Source: Penicillus capitatus (taxonomy: Eukaryota > Plantae > Chlorophyta). Taken from it: a stretch of 54,110 bases of DNA. Below, piece by piece: positions 22,020-33,113 of this stretch (position 1 is the first letter of the stretch; each line of letters opens with the position of its first letter). A model generated the notes under the pieces. That model had not been told where the DNA came from and ran no database searches. It was given only the letters and a program-made list of their open reading frames with translations. The position numbers and the translations under genes were made by a program. Where the stretch lies: the NCBI GenBank assembly GCA_965649825.1, contig OZ287715.1:185866-239975 (forward strand), given 5' to 3'.

Positions 22020-22693
22020 CTACAGTATCTCAGAGACGCTGAACTCTTTCGTCGATGGCGCCTCCAATGCAGAAAACCAGTCGGATGCATGGGTGGGCAA
22101 CAGTCCGATGGAATTCAGTTTGTAGATTCCGAAGATCACCGCTGCAAAGTGTATCAAACAATACATCAACCGAGGTGTTCTCACATCCAAGAGTCCCTCT
22201 GCATCCGGCTTGAACGCTGCATGCATCTCACTCTTTATCACACATTGATACAATCCAGTTTACCATCTCTTGAAGTTAGGATGGCCTGAAGCGACGTGGC
22301 AATGCCACTGAACGTCGTCACCAGACTGAAGATCTGAATCGTGTTGGCGCTCATAAACATCATGAAACACAGCACGCCGACTTGCTTCCATGGAGCCAGA
22401 GCTCTGCTATTGAGTGCCTAATGCAGAACACGCCAATCATCTCACTCTTTTGAATCCATGCTCACACCTGCTGGCGTTTCTGAATGTCTAATTCTTTGCG
22501 TTTGCTCGTGGTGATGCTACTCGAGGCCTAGACAATAGGACTGTCAAGGGGAAGACAGCAGACAGGTGTATTGTTAAGTGACCGCTTCTTTGAGCGTTTG
22601 AGCTGTGAAACCAGGTGGATTGGGTACTTGTCTCAGAGCGGCACTTCCAGCTGCATCGTCAAACGCCACGCGCCAGCGATCGAAACTGGACAT
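22020..22693 (-). CDS. EMC4: ER membrane protein complex subunit 4
   Basis: Spliced: MSSFDRWRV...NPPGF...ALAPWKQVGVLCFMMFMSANTIQIFS...YKLNSIGLLPTHASDW. Confidence 0.9.
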
Positions 22694-22731
22694 CGTCCCG
22701 TGCACAATGGCATCGATTTTGCGACGCGTTA

Positions 22732-25700
22732 ATGAAGTCTGTGGCGTCGGTTCGAAGGATCGGCCTGACGCGGCCCTGCGTCGCCACGGTGGCTCGAGGC
22801 TACCGTGGACCACACTCTCGACGACTCGAGCGCCGCTCGATCCACGTCTCCCAGCCAAAACAGATGTCGCCTTGTCAAGGACAGACGGAATCGCCGTTCA
22901 GGACACACGCCTTCTTTGAAGGGATCTCCAAACTTATGGGAGGAGATGCTGGCGAAAAAACGAGCAAACAATATCAGGCACCGTCACATAAGATCACCGA
23001 AAATGGGATCTGATTTGGAATGATTCTTCCCTCTAGCCAAGGGTCGATGCCATCAACGCCTTGGAGCCAGAGATGCAGAAATGTACGGACCTGGAGCTCC
23101 AGCAGAAGACCGATCAATTCAGGAAACGACTGCAGGGAGGCGAAACGCTGAACGATATCTTGATCGAAGCCTTTGCCGTGAAAAAGCATCCTTAGTGTCA
23201 AAAAGAGTGAGAAGTGTGATCTGGACATAGGTTGTTCGAGAAGCGTCGCTGAGAGTTATTGGTCTGCGTCCCTTCGATGTTCAGCTCATCGGCGGAATGA
23301 TTCTGCACGAAGGCATGCTGTCGTACAATGTTACTCATCTCACTCTTTCTGTTTTCAGGAATGATTGCAGAGATGAGCACAGGTGAAGGGAAGACATTGG
23401 TTTCGGTCTTGCCTGCTTATCTCAACGCCCTCACTGGCAAAGTGCTCTTCATGACTCGCTGTTCTCCGGCAGTCTGAGGCAACGACCATCTAGGGTGTGC
23501 ACATTGTGACGGTGAATGATTATTTGGCGCGACGTGACAGCGAATGGGTGGGACAAGTCCATCGTTTCTTGGGATTGGAGGTCGGTCTGATTCAGCAATC
23601 GATGGAACCGCTCGACAGAGTAGCCGCCTATGGAAAAGACATTACCTACGTTACCAATAGCGAACTGGGTTTTGATTATTTGCGTGACAATCTGGTGCAA
23701 CAAGAAACGGAACTGGTGCTGAGAAATTTCAACTTCTGTATCATCGACGAAGTGGATTCCATTCTCATCGACGAGGCCAGAACGCCGCTCATTATCTCGG
23801 GACCAGCCGATGAGCCCACAGACAAATATAACAAGGCATGGATCTTAGCACCATGCTCACACATGTCACTCTTTTTTAGGCAGCGCGTTTGGCCAAAGCA
23901 CTTGTCCGAGATGAGCATTACACCGTGGACGAAAAGCAAAAGAACATCCTGTTGACGGAAGAGGGGTACGAAGCTTCGGAGGAGGTCCTACAGGTGACAG
24001 ATCTTTATGATCCCCGTGAGCAATGGGCGTCCTATCTCATCAATGCCGTCAAGGCAAAGGAACTGCAGATTCGAGATGTGAACTATATCGTCCGCAAGGG
24101 AGAGGTCATCATTGTGGATGAGTTTACGGGAAGAACGATGCCGGGACGTCGATGGAGTGATGGCCTGCATCAGGCCGTCGAGGCAAAGGAAGGTATCAAG
24201 ATCCAGGAAGAAACGGTGACCATTGCCTCCATCTCTTACCAGAACTTTTTCAGGATCTTTCCCAAACTCGCCGGGATGACAGGGACAGCCGCAACGGAGG
24301 CAGGAGAGTTTAAGAATATCTATCAACTGGAAGTGATGGTGGTGCCAACGAATGAGCCGTGTGAGAGAGTAGACCATTCAGACGTGGTGTTCAGTGTCGA
24401 GGAGGGAAAGTGGAAGGCAACTGTTGCCGAGATCAAAAGAATGACCAAGGCAGGACGACCCGTATTGGTCGGCACGACATCTGTCGAAAAGAGTGAGAGT
24501 CTCTCTGAGATGTTGACGGATGCTGGCGTCGCGCATCAAGTGCTGAATGCCAAACCGGAGAACGTTGAACGAGAGTCCGAGATCGTGGCGCAGTGTGGCC
24601 GGATTGGATCGGTAACGATTGCGACGAATATGGCAGGCAGAGGGACAGATATCTTGCTCGGAGGCAATGCCGAGTTTATGGCCAGACTGAAGCTGAGAGA
24701 ATTCTTGATGCCACGTATCGTGAGTCTTGTCGACGAAGAGGGATCCGATGCACGGCTTCGGCAGAAGCCGACATGGAAAGCATCTCCTGAGCTCTTTCCT
24801 GTGGAACTGCCGGAGGATATTCAGAAGAAAGTGATAAAGGCGGTGGACTATGCGTGTGAGAAATGGGGAGAACGATCGTTGACAGCTCTGGAGGCCGAAG
24901 ATCGTTTGGCAGTTGCTGGGGAGAAAGCGCCAACAGATGACCCCGTGGTTCAGGAACTGCGAAACGCATTTCAGGCAGAGGAGTCGTCAGTTAAGTGATA
25001 TCCCGTGTCAAGACAAGTGCTTTAGGCCATTGAATCGCTGTACAAGACATATACAGAAGAGGAGAAAAAGACAGTGATCAAGCTTGGCGGTTTGCATGTC
25101 ATTGGGACGGAACGGCACGAGTCCAGGCGCATCGACAATCAGTTGAGGGGACGCGGCGGTCGTCAGGTGAAGGGTCCATCCAATTGGTAATGGCCTTGTG
25201 CAGATTACGAATGTCGCTTAGGGAGATCCCGGAAGCACGCGCTTTTTCCTAAGCCTCGAGGATCCTCTGTTTCGCATCTTTGGCGGCGATCGGCTGAAAT
25301 CATTGATGACGGCCTTTCGTGTGGATGATCTTCCCATCGAGTCAAAGGTCTTGACGAGATCGCTCAACGAAGCCCAGCGAAAAGTCGAAGCTTATTTCTT
25401 CGATATGAGAAAGCACGATCAAACATGACATCCATCACCCATGATGTGACACTCGTTTCGTAGGAATCTCTTTGAGTACGATCAGGTGCTAAACACGCAA
25501 AGGGACAGTATCTATGCAGAAAGGAGACGGGCATTGTTGGCCAAAGACATGATGCCAATCTACGAAGACTATTCCAAGAAAACGATGGATGACATCTTGG
25601 AGGTCCTGTCACATCTCTTCTGCTACGGTCTTGATGATGCTCATGCGTCCTTAGGCAAATCTGGACCCCACGTTGCCTCCTGAAGAGTGGACGCCGTATC

Positions 25701-26254
25701 TGTCTTCCCTTGCTGACAAAATCCAGCAATACTGTCATTTCCTGTCGGATGTGGACGGACAGAAATTGGCCGATGAGGCACGAGGAAGCTACGAAAACCT
25801 CAGATCCTACATCCGGTTCCGCGGCGTACAAGCCTATTACGAAAAAGTCGATTCCCCTGCATTCTGGTCACTCTCTCACTCTTGTCTCACTCTTTAGCGA
25901 CGCATCGTCGACCACAAGTGTCCTGGATTGATGGCAGATCTCGAACGGTACTTCTTTCTGTCGCAGACCGATAATCTGTGGAAGGAACATCTACAAGCCA
26001 TCCGTTTTCTCCAGCAGGCCGTCGGATTGCGTGGCTACGCCCAGAGAGATCCACTAACAGAGTTCAAACTGGAAGCCTACAATCTCTTCCTCGACATGCA
26101 ATGCCGCAAACGGCGAAACACGATCTACACCGTCTACGTCTTTGAGCCTGTCGATCAAAAGACCGTCGAGAAGAACATCGAGGAGTTTAAGGAACGCAAG
26201 AGACGCGTGAAAGGCAACGGAAAGCGTATCAAACAGATCTCCAATCAAGCATAA
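22732..26254 (+). CDS. SECA1: Plastid preprotein translocase SecA with transit peptide, 10 introns
   Basis: [93 protein letters not shown]. Confidence 0.97.
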
Positions 26255-26457
26255 GATGTTGTGTGGCATTAAACATTCTTTTACCGAAAGATCCATGCTT
26301 GCCTCAGAGACTAGTAGAAATCATCATCGTCTTTCAGGAAGAAATTCTGCATGCATGGCACGTCTCTGTTCCTTTCCGCTCCCACTCGATTCTCCCTGAG
26401 GTAGATTGGATGGGCGACGTGGGAAAGAGTGATTGATGTACCGTGATCAGTGACACT

Positions 26458-27495
26458 CTACAGATCGGCATCGTCCTCTTCCATGTCAGGAAGGGGCGCA
26501 TTCGCAGCGGCGGTTAAGTCTTGTTCGTTCTTCAGCATCAGCTCCTGATCAACGATGAGCTCAGGTGGTGCCAAGGCAACTTCCTCCACAAAGATAAGAC
26601 CGCCATTCCTTCATGCACAGCAGCATGACTCAGAATACGGCTTTGCGTCCAAAGGTCGTCTCTTTCATCAGCAATCGAATATTATCCTCATTGCACGGCA
26701 TCGGATAACCGCATCGTTTATCATCATGGAAGAGTGAGAATGTGTGAGAGGGATCTTACCCTGTGAGTTTTCGAGCCAAGTAGAGGAAAGGCTTCTCGAA
26801 ATTGTAGTTGCTCTTGGCAGAGAGTTCAATGTACTGCAGGTTCTTTTTCCTGTGGAACGTGATCTGTTTCGGCTTCACTTGACGATTCTTAACATCCACT
26901 TTGTTTCCGACCAGCACCATCGGGATATTGGGACACACTCTATGACCATCCCACAACATCACACTTTCTCATTGTCTGGCAAATGGGTGGATGGTGCCTG
27001 CAGAGATCTCGGTGCCACACAGGGACATTCTTGTAGGTCACACGTGAGGTGACGTCAAACATAATAATGCCACAATGCGCATAGATGTAGTAGCCATCAC
27101 GCAATCCACCGAACTTCTCTTGACCCGCGGTGTCCCAAATATTGAAGACGAGCGTGCCGCAGTTTGTCGAGACTTTGAGAGGACGCACTTCGACGCCGAT
27201 CGTCGCTGCATACACATGACGTCGTGTCAACGCTGTTTAGGTTCCGAGGACACGTGTGCGTACGTTCGTATTTCTTCTCGAATTCGCCGCTTAGGTGACG
27301 CTTGACGAATGTGGTCTTGCCTAGACGCATCAACACCGCGAACGTCATCTCAGAGAGCAAGGCGTGTGGACACACCCGTTCCGCCGTCGCCGACGAGGAC
27401 GAGCTTAAACGAAGGCGGTTCGCCAGCTGCGACTGGTGCTTGAGCCTAAACGGCCTCAGAAATGTTTCTGGCGTGGGCAGGACGACGCACACCAT
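26458..27495 (-). CDS. RAN: Ran GTPase
   Basis: Spliced: [33 protein letters not shown]...[17 protein letters not shown]...GNKVD...[19 protein letters not shown]...acidic tail MEEDDADL*. Confidence 0.98.
26628..26730 (-). ncRNA. Probable intronic box C/D snoRNA in the last Ran intron
   Basis: Intron is about three times the usual length. C box ATGATGA (26721-26727), 11-nt guide GATGCGGTTAT directly before D' CCGA, C'-like ATGAGGA, CTGA boxes at 26668-26671 and 26630-26633. The guide is complementary to AUAACCGCAUC, recalled as conserved in plant/green-algal LSU rRNA. Confidence 0.55.
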
Positions 27496-28209
27496 GTCTC
27501 AATCGAAACGAAACGCGCAGAGGGCGATGGAGAAGGTGGCCGCCGCGAGATGCCAGACAGCGTCGGAAAGCGCAGACGAAGAAACGTGACAGCTGCAAGT
27601 GGACTCTTCAAATACGGTCAAGATGCGGCCGTAGATGCGAAGCGTAGATGATCGAATCGTATCTTCCCAGGAGATCGATAGAAGATCGATCGATGCGTCC
27701 ACGAAATTCATCGAATCTCAATCGACGTACTTCCTCTACCCGTCTCGTAAACCACCATCTCACAGCCGTGCCCCTCATCCATCCGCATCCTCCCATTACA
27801 CCTTCCTCCAATGGAGGGCCACGATTTCTGGCACGCTTCAAATGGAGGAGGCCCTTCCGAGGAGCCCGCCGACGATCTCTCCGATCTGTCTCATCGAATG
27901 GACAACGCTCTCTATCGACAATTGACATCGACGCTATCGCACGAAGAGCTCCTATGGCTTCAAGGTACTGATGTGACGTTGCTCCAGACATGACGCACGA
28001 CGCGTTGGCCGTCGTTATTTGTTGTTGTTGCTGTTGTCGCTGCTTGTTTTCCACAGTTCATCAAACTTCTTGCAAACAACCGACTTTCAACGCCGCGCAC
28101 GGGATTTTCTCATTTTTGCTCGTCCTCTTGTTCCGTATCGTTGTCGCTGTCTTTTATCAAAACGTGTTTACCCCTTCGGCGAAACCGTTCTTCAGGTTAC
28201 GTTGTTCCT

Positions 28210-31200
28210 ATGGAGCCACTTCAACTTGAGGCTCTGGACGGTTCCGAGCCCATCGCTCTGCCGCCAGCCATCAAAGTCTGTACCTTAGCGCAAGACGCGG
28301 TACGTGACCCATGCAACGAAGAAGACGCGTCTGAGGGTATCTCGTGGATGACGTGACGTGTGTGTAGGATTTGGAATCGGACTACGCTGTCTCGCCACAC
28401 ACGCCACTGCTCTCGACCGCAATGGAAGAAAACTGCTTCGCCAGTGGTGCGTGATATCTGCCTGCTGAATGAAGAGGACGACCAAAGTGGGAGATGCATT
28501 CAGGGCGAAACAATGTTGGTCAGTTAGGAGTCGGTGCACAAGGCGACGTCATGGAGCCACAACCCGTACAGGTAATGCATAGATGTGACGAGGGCCCTTG
28601 GCAGCTGTATGTGCTGTTGGACAGGGGGTTCGCCCGTGGGCATTGGTAAGTTTTGGGGCGTATCATGCGTGTGGTATCAGCTGCGAAGGCGAACTGTCTT
28701 CATGGGGTATATCTAATAAAGGTCAGTTAGGGCATCAAGATACGGAGTCTCGAGAATTGCCGGAGATCGTGGATCTGTTGCGTGACCAGCCAGTGAAGAA
28801 TGTTGCATGTGGATGTGAACACACCGTTGCTGTGACAGAACATGATGTTTATGCATGGGGGTCCAATGAACATGGCCAACTAGGACAAGATGATGGAAAT
28901 AAAGCACAGATGCTGACCATTCCTCGCCCAATTCGCATTCTACACGAAAAGATGGTGACGCAGGTGATCTGTGGCAAGTATCATACATTGGCTGTCACGG
29001 CACAGTCCCATGTACGTCTCGATGCATGGAGTGTGGATAGGGAATGTGTGCGATATGTGTGATGTCAGGTTTATGCTTGGGGAGCTAATAATCATGGTCA
29101 GCTAGGACTTGGCGATCGAGTGGATCGACGGATGCCGACGATCATCGAATCTTTATGGGCCCTTCCTGTCAAGCAGCTTGCAGCAGGAGATCACCACAGC
29201 TGCGCTCTGACGAGATCCGGTTTTCTCTTCACGTGGGGACTTAATCAGCAGGGACAGTTGGGACAGCCACCCGATGCAGAGCATGCCGCTGTGCAGGCAG
29301 CCAGTCGTGGCGGATCTTCTCGGAAACGCATGTCCAGACATGTCAATCAGAAATATTTGTCGGTAATGTTGGAAATGGGTATCGCCAAAGAAAAAGCAGA
29401 ATTGGCATTGATCGAGACGAAGAACGGGGGTGTGGAGTTGGCTACGGAATGGCTCTTTTCTGGTCAGGAGGCTGTCATTGAGAGAAAAACACCTGTGGAC
29501 ACTGGTCCACCTCCTCAAGACGACAAGCAAAGTGATCGTCTGGACGACAAGAGCGTCCTTGTCCCCAGGAGAGTTCCAATCAAAGTGACCACCCATTCTT
29601 TTCTCTGTACTTAAGGATCTTGGCCAATGGGCGGCGTTTGGACACAGGGCGTGCGGTTTGTGGCTGCTGGAAGTCATCATTGTGTGGCTGCGACGCAATA
29701 TGCCGTATACAGCTGGGGTGCCGGCGAGCACGGACAGCTTGGACTGGATGATTTTACGAGTCGAGACCTCCCCAAGAAAATAACATCATTGGAAAAGACC
29801 GATTTAATTCAAGTCGCCTGCGGTGCCAGTCATTCTATCTTCCTGACAAAAGAAGGCCTCATCTACGGAACCGGTGCGAATGACTGCGGTCAGTTGGGTC
29901 AAGTGGAGGATACAGAGAACGAAACCTCTTGTTATGCCACGCCCAAGTTACTGAAACTTCCATTCATTCCCCTAAAACATCCCAGAAGTCAGAGAAAACA
30001 GCCGATCGTTGTCAAAATCAGTGCTGGAGAAAACGCCAGCAGTTTTTTGACCTCATCTCCAGACGAGATACCAGACTCGACGCCAACTGGACTATGGGAG
30101 AAGCTACAGGCCAGTATACAAGGAGTGAAAGAGAGCGAGAAACGCCCAACGACAGAATACAGTTCGCTCATGCGACTACTCACGGCAGCCATTGAGCTCG
30201 TCTTTGGCTCCGCTGCTGCCCTCAGCGCTACGTTTGGGTACGAAGACCACGTCGGTATGAATGTGCAAAAGCTCAACCAAGTTCAAAAAGAAATCCTGAG
30301 TCTCTGTACGGACAAGTAAGCCGAACTGCGCCATCTATGGCAGTCCATGAGTGGCTGTTGTGTGTTCTAGATATCTGAGTGATCCCTGTTCAAAGCTCAT
30401 GAAGTCCATGGACGATGTGTGCTCTATCAGTATTTACAATGCAATGACCAAAGCTGCTTCGTATTTGGTAGAGGATCTCTACAGTCATTTGAAACTGCTC
30501 AATAATCCAGAGCGCGCTCAAGTGCTGTTGGCTGCTGTTCAGCATCCTCTCCTGAACGAATCAACATTTGCAAAGTCGATCCTTCCGCGTCTGTGCCAGA
30601 CAGTGCTGAATGCGCCGTCCGGTACGCGACATCTCCTGATCAAATGGTGGGCCGATTATCCGAGGACGCTTCTGGAGGACAGTGTGATCAAACCGCTGCA
30701 GAATTACGTCACGAAGGAGCTCATGGCGACAAAGAAGTTAACCGTAAATGTGATGAATGCAATCAAAGTTCTGGCGAAGGTGGAAGAAGCGAACGATATA
30801 GGTAGAAAACTGCCGCCGGAATCTTTCTATAATCAGCTCATCAGTGAGAAGATGGACGTGTTAGATCATTACATTGCCTGGAGGCAAAGCCACGATCATC
30901 CACAAAAACGCTCCGGACAGGACGGGCCCTTCTCTTTCTGCAGCTATCCCTTTTTGCTGGATGCCAGAGCCAAGAGCAAACTCTTGCACATGGAAGCCAA
31001 GCTGCAGATGGAGCAAACCGTCGCGCAGTCACGTTTAGAGAATGTCTACGGTCCATTCAAGAAATCCAGAAGAGAAAACGACGATGCGCGCGTTCTGCCG
31101 GATCGCAAGGTAAATCTCAAGAAGGAAGAACAGGAGCACAAGAAAAAAAGACCAAACAGCGAATCTGGTCGTACACGATTTCGAAGAGAAAGTGGAACAG

Positions 31201-32496
31201 GAATCCGCAATCTTTTCTACAACATCTTACGTTCCGGTCATGGTGACAGAGGCGGCGATGAAGAGGCAGATGGCGGCGGACCGAGCGATCGCTCAGATTC
31301 CAGTCTAGCACGAGCAGGTTCTCTGCAGCTTCCGAAACCGGACGATAGTGGTATCCCTGCGACACACATGGATATGTGTATCATCCGTGTACGACGCAAT
31401 CATCTCGTGGAGGATGCCCTTAACGAAATCGCACGGCAGTTCCGTAAAGATCTCTTCAAACCGTTGCGTGTTCAGTTCATCGGCGAAGAGGGTATCGACG
31501 TCGGCGGTGTCAAGAAAGAATTCTTTCAACTCCTGATCCATGAACTGCTGTCCCCCGACTACGGAATGCTCGCCTATCAAGCCGAATCCAAAACTTATTG
31601 GTAATGCCGTTGATGCATGGATTGTGTGAGAAAGAGTGAGAAATGATGATCTTAGGTTCAATCCATCATTGATGCTGCAAGGGGAGAAATGCGAAGATGA
31701 TTTCTTCCTGATCGGCCTTGTCTTGGGATTGGCCGTATACAATGGTGTCCTCTTGGATTTCCCCCTCCCCCTGGTCCTCTACAAGAAACTGCTCAATCAA
31801 GAAGTGACCTTAAGAGACTTAGAAGAGATGCAGCCGACGGTTGGCCGTTCGCTACACCAACTGCTGCAGTACGATGGCCCCGGATCCGTTGAGGACGTCT
31901 TCTGCCAAAACATGAGTATCAATGTGGACGTCTTCGGAGATGTGAAGTCCATTCCGCTCAAACCGAACGGAGAAGAGGTTCCAGTGACGGAAGAAAACAG
32001 ACGAGAATACGTCGACCTTTATGTCTCCCATGCACTGGAGCGCTCCATTCAGGGACCCTTTGAAGCGTTTTCGAAGGGACTCAGGACCATTTGCGGAGGA
32101 CCAGCGATTCAGCTGTTCAATGCACAGGAATTGGAACGTCTGGTTTGCGGAAATCCTCGGTTAGATTTTGCAGCATTGGAAAACAATGCACGTTACGATG
32201 GTGGCTTTACAAAAGATTCCCAAACGGTGAAATGGCTGTGGGAGATTGTCTCGGAGTTTACCATGGAGCACAAGAAGCTCCTGCTCAAATTCTTCACTGG
32301 AAGCGACCGGGCACCGATCGGAGGACTGGGCAATCTCAAATGTGTCATCCAGAGAAACGGCTCAGATAACAAAAAACTCCCGACATCTCACACCTGCTTC
32401 AACACGCTTCTCTTGCCAGAGTGCACGAGCAAAGAGGATCTCTTACAACGTCTCCAACTAGCCATTATGAATGCAGAAGGCTTTGGTTTGGAGTAG
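28210..32496 (+). CDS. HERC-like E3 ubiquitin ligase: RCC1 repeats with inserted UBA domain plus HECT
   Basis: RCC1 repeats (WGISNKGQLG, ACGCEHT, WGSNEHGQLG, AAGDHHS, ACGASHS); UBA (LSVMLEMGIAKEKAELALIETKNGGVELATEWL); HECT (FIGEEGIDVGGVKKEFF, LLKFFTGSDRAP, LPTSHTCFNTLLLP). Confidence 0.93.
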
Positions 32497-33113
32497 GAGG
32501 CATTCTCTCTGTTCATTCATTGCTCATTGCTGTGTATCTTGCTGAATGTGATCTGGCATTTCATTGGGTGTGCACGCACACGATTTACTTGACAATGCTT
32601 GTTTTCTCGATTTGTTTTTAGCGTTGCATTTCGATCCTCAATGGGAACTCAACTTCATGGGTCAGATGTCCTGCTCCTCCTTCTCCTCCTCTACCTTATG
32701 TGACCCTACTTACTTCCTTACTCATAAGGATGACAGAGATATGTGTCATTCTCTGCGACATGCCATCCCGAATGGTGTCGATTTATCCGGACGTATCTAT
32801 ATACCTTCGATCATCTCCCACCAGGCAAAACACAGCAATTACAATAAGTGTGGAGCCACTCCTTGTGCAATTTAGACAACGCATTTCACCAGACATGACA
32901 GATCTTGTCGATCACAGCAGTGGATTTCTCTCGACCGTGCATGTGATGCATGTAAGCTTTATGAGACAGATAATCTCTGTGTAAGTCTTGTTGAGGAAGC
33001 ATACTCCATAAAGACATGAAACAAGGGATTCTTCGCGATATCGAGGGAATACTGTGAAATGCTAATAAAAAGTGTGAACAAGGTGTGTGTTGTGTGATAA
33101 GGATATTGTCTCC

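Noticed and set aside
26940-27230. Divergent residues in Ran ([23 protein letters not shown])
   Set aside because: All G-box motifs and the acidic tail are intact; this is ordinary lineage divergence.
27608-28054. Minus-strand poly-Gln ORF between Ran and the HECT gene
   Set aside because: The poly-Gln derives from a (GTT/GCT)n tract in the probable HECT 5' region; no recognisable homology.
29153-29731. Numerous 100-200 aa antisense ORFs over real genes (also 33438-33935, 49218-49856)
   Set aside because: Shadow ORFs on the opposite strand of well-supported coding exons at about 50 percent GC.
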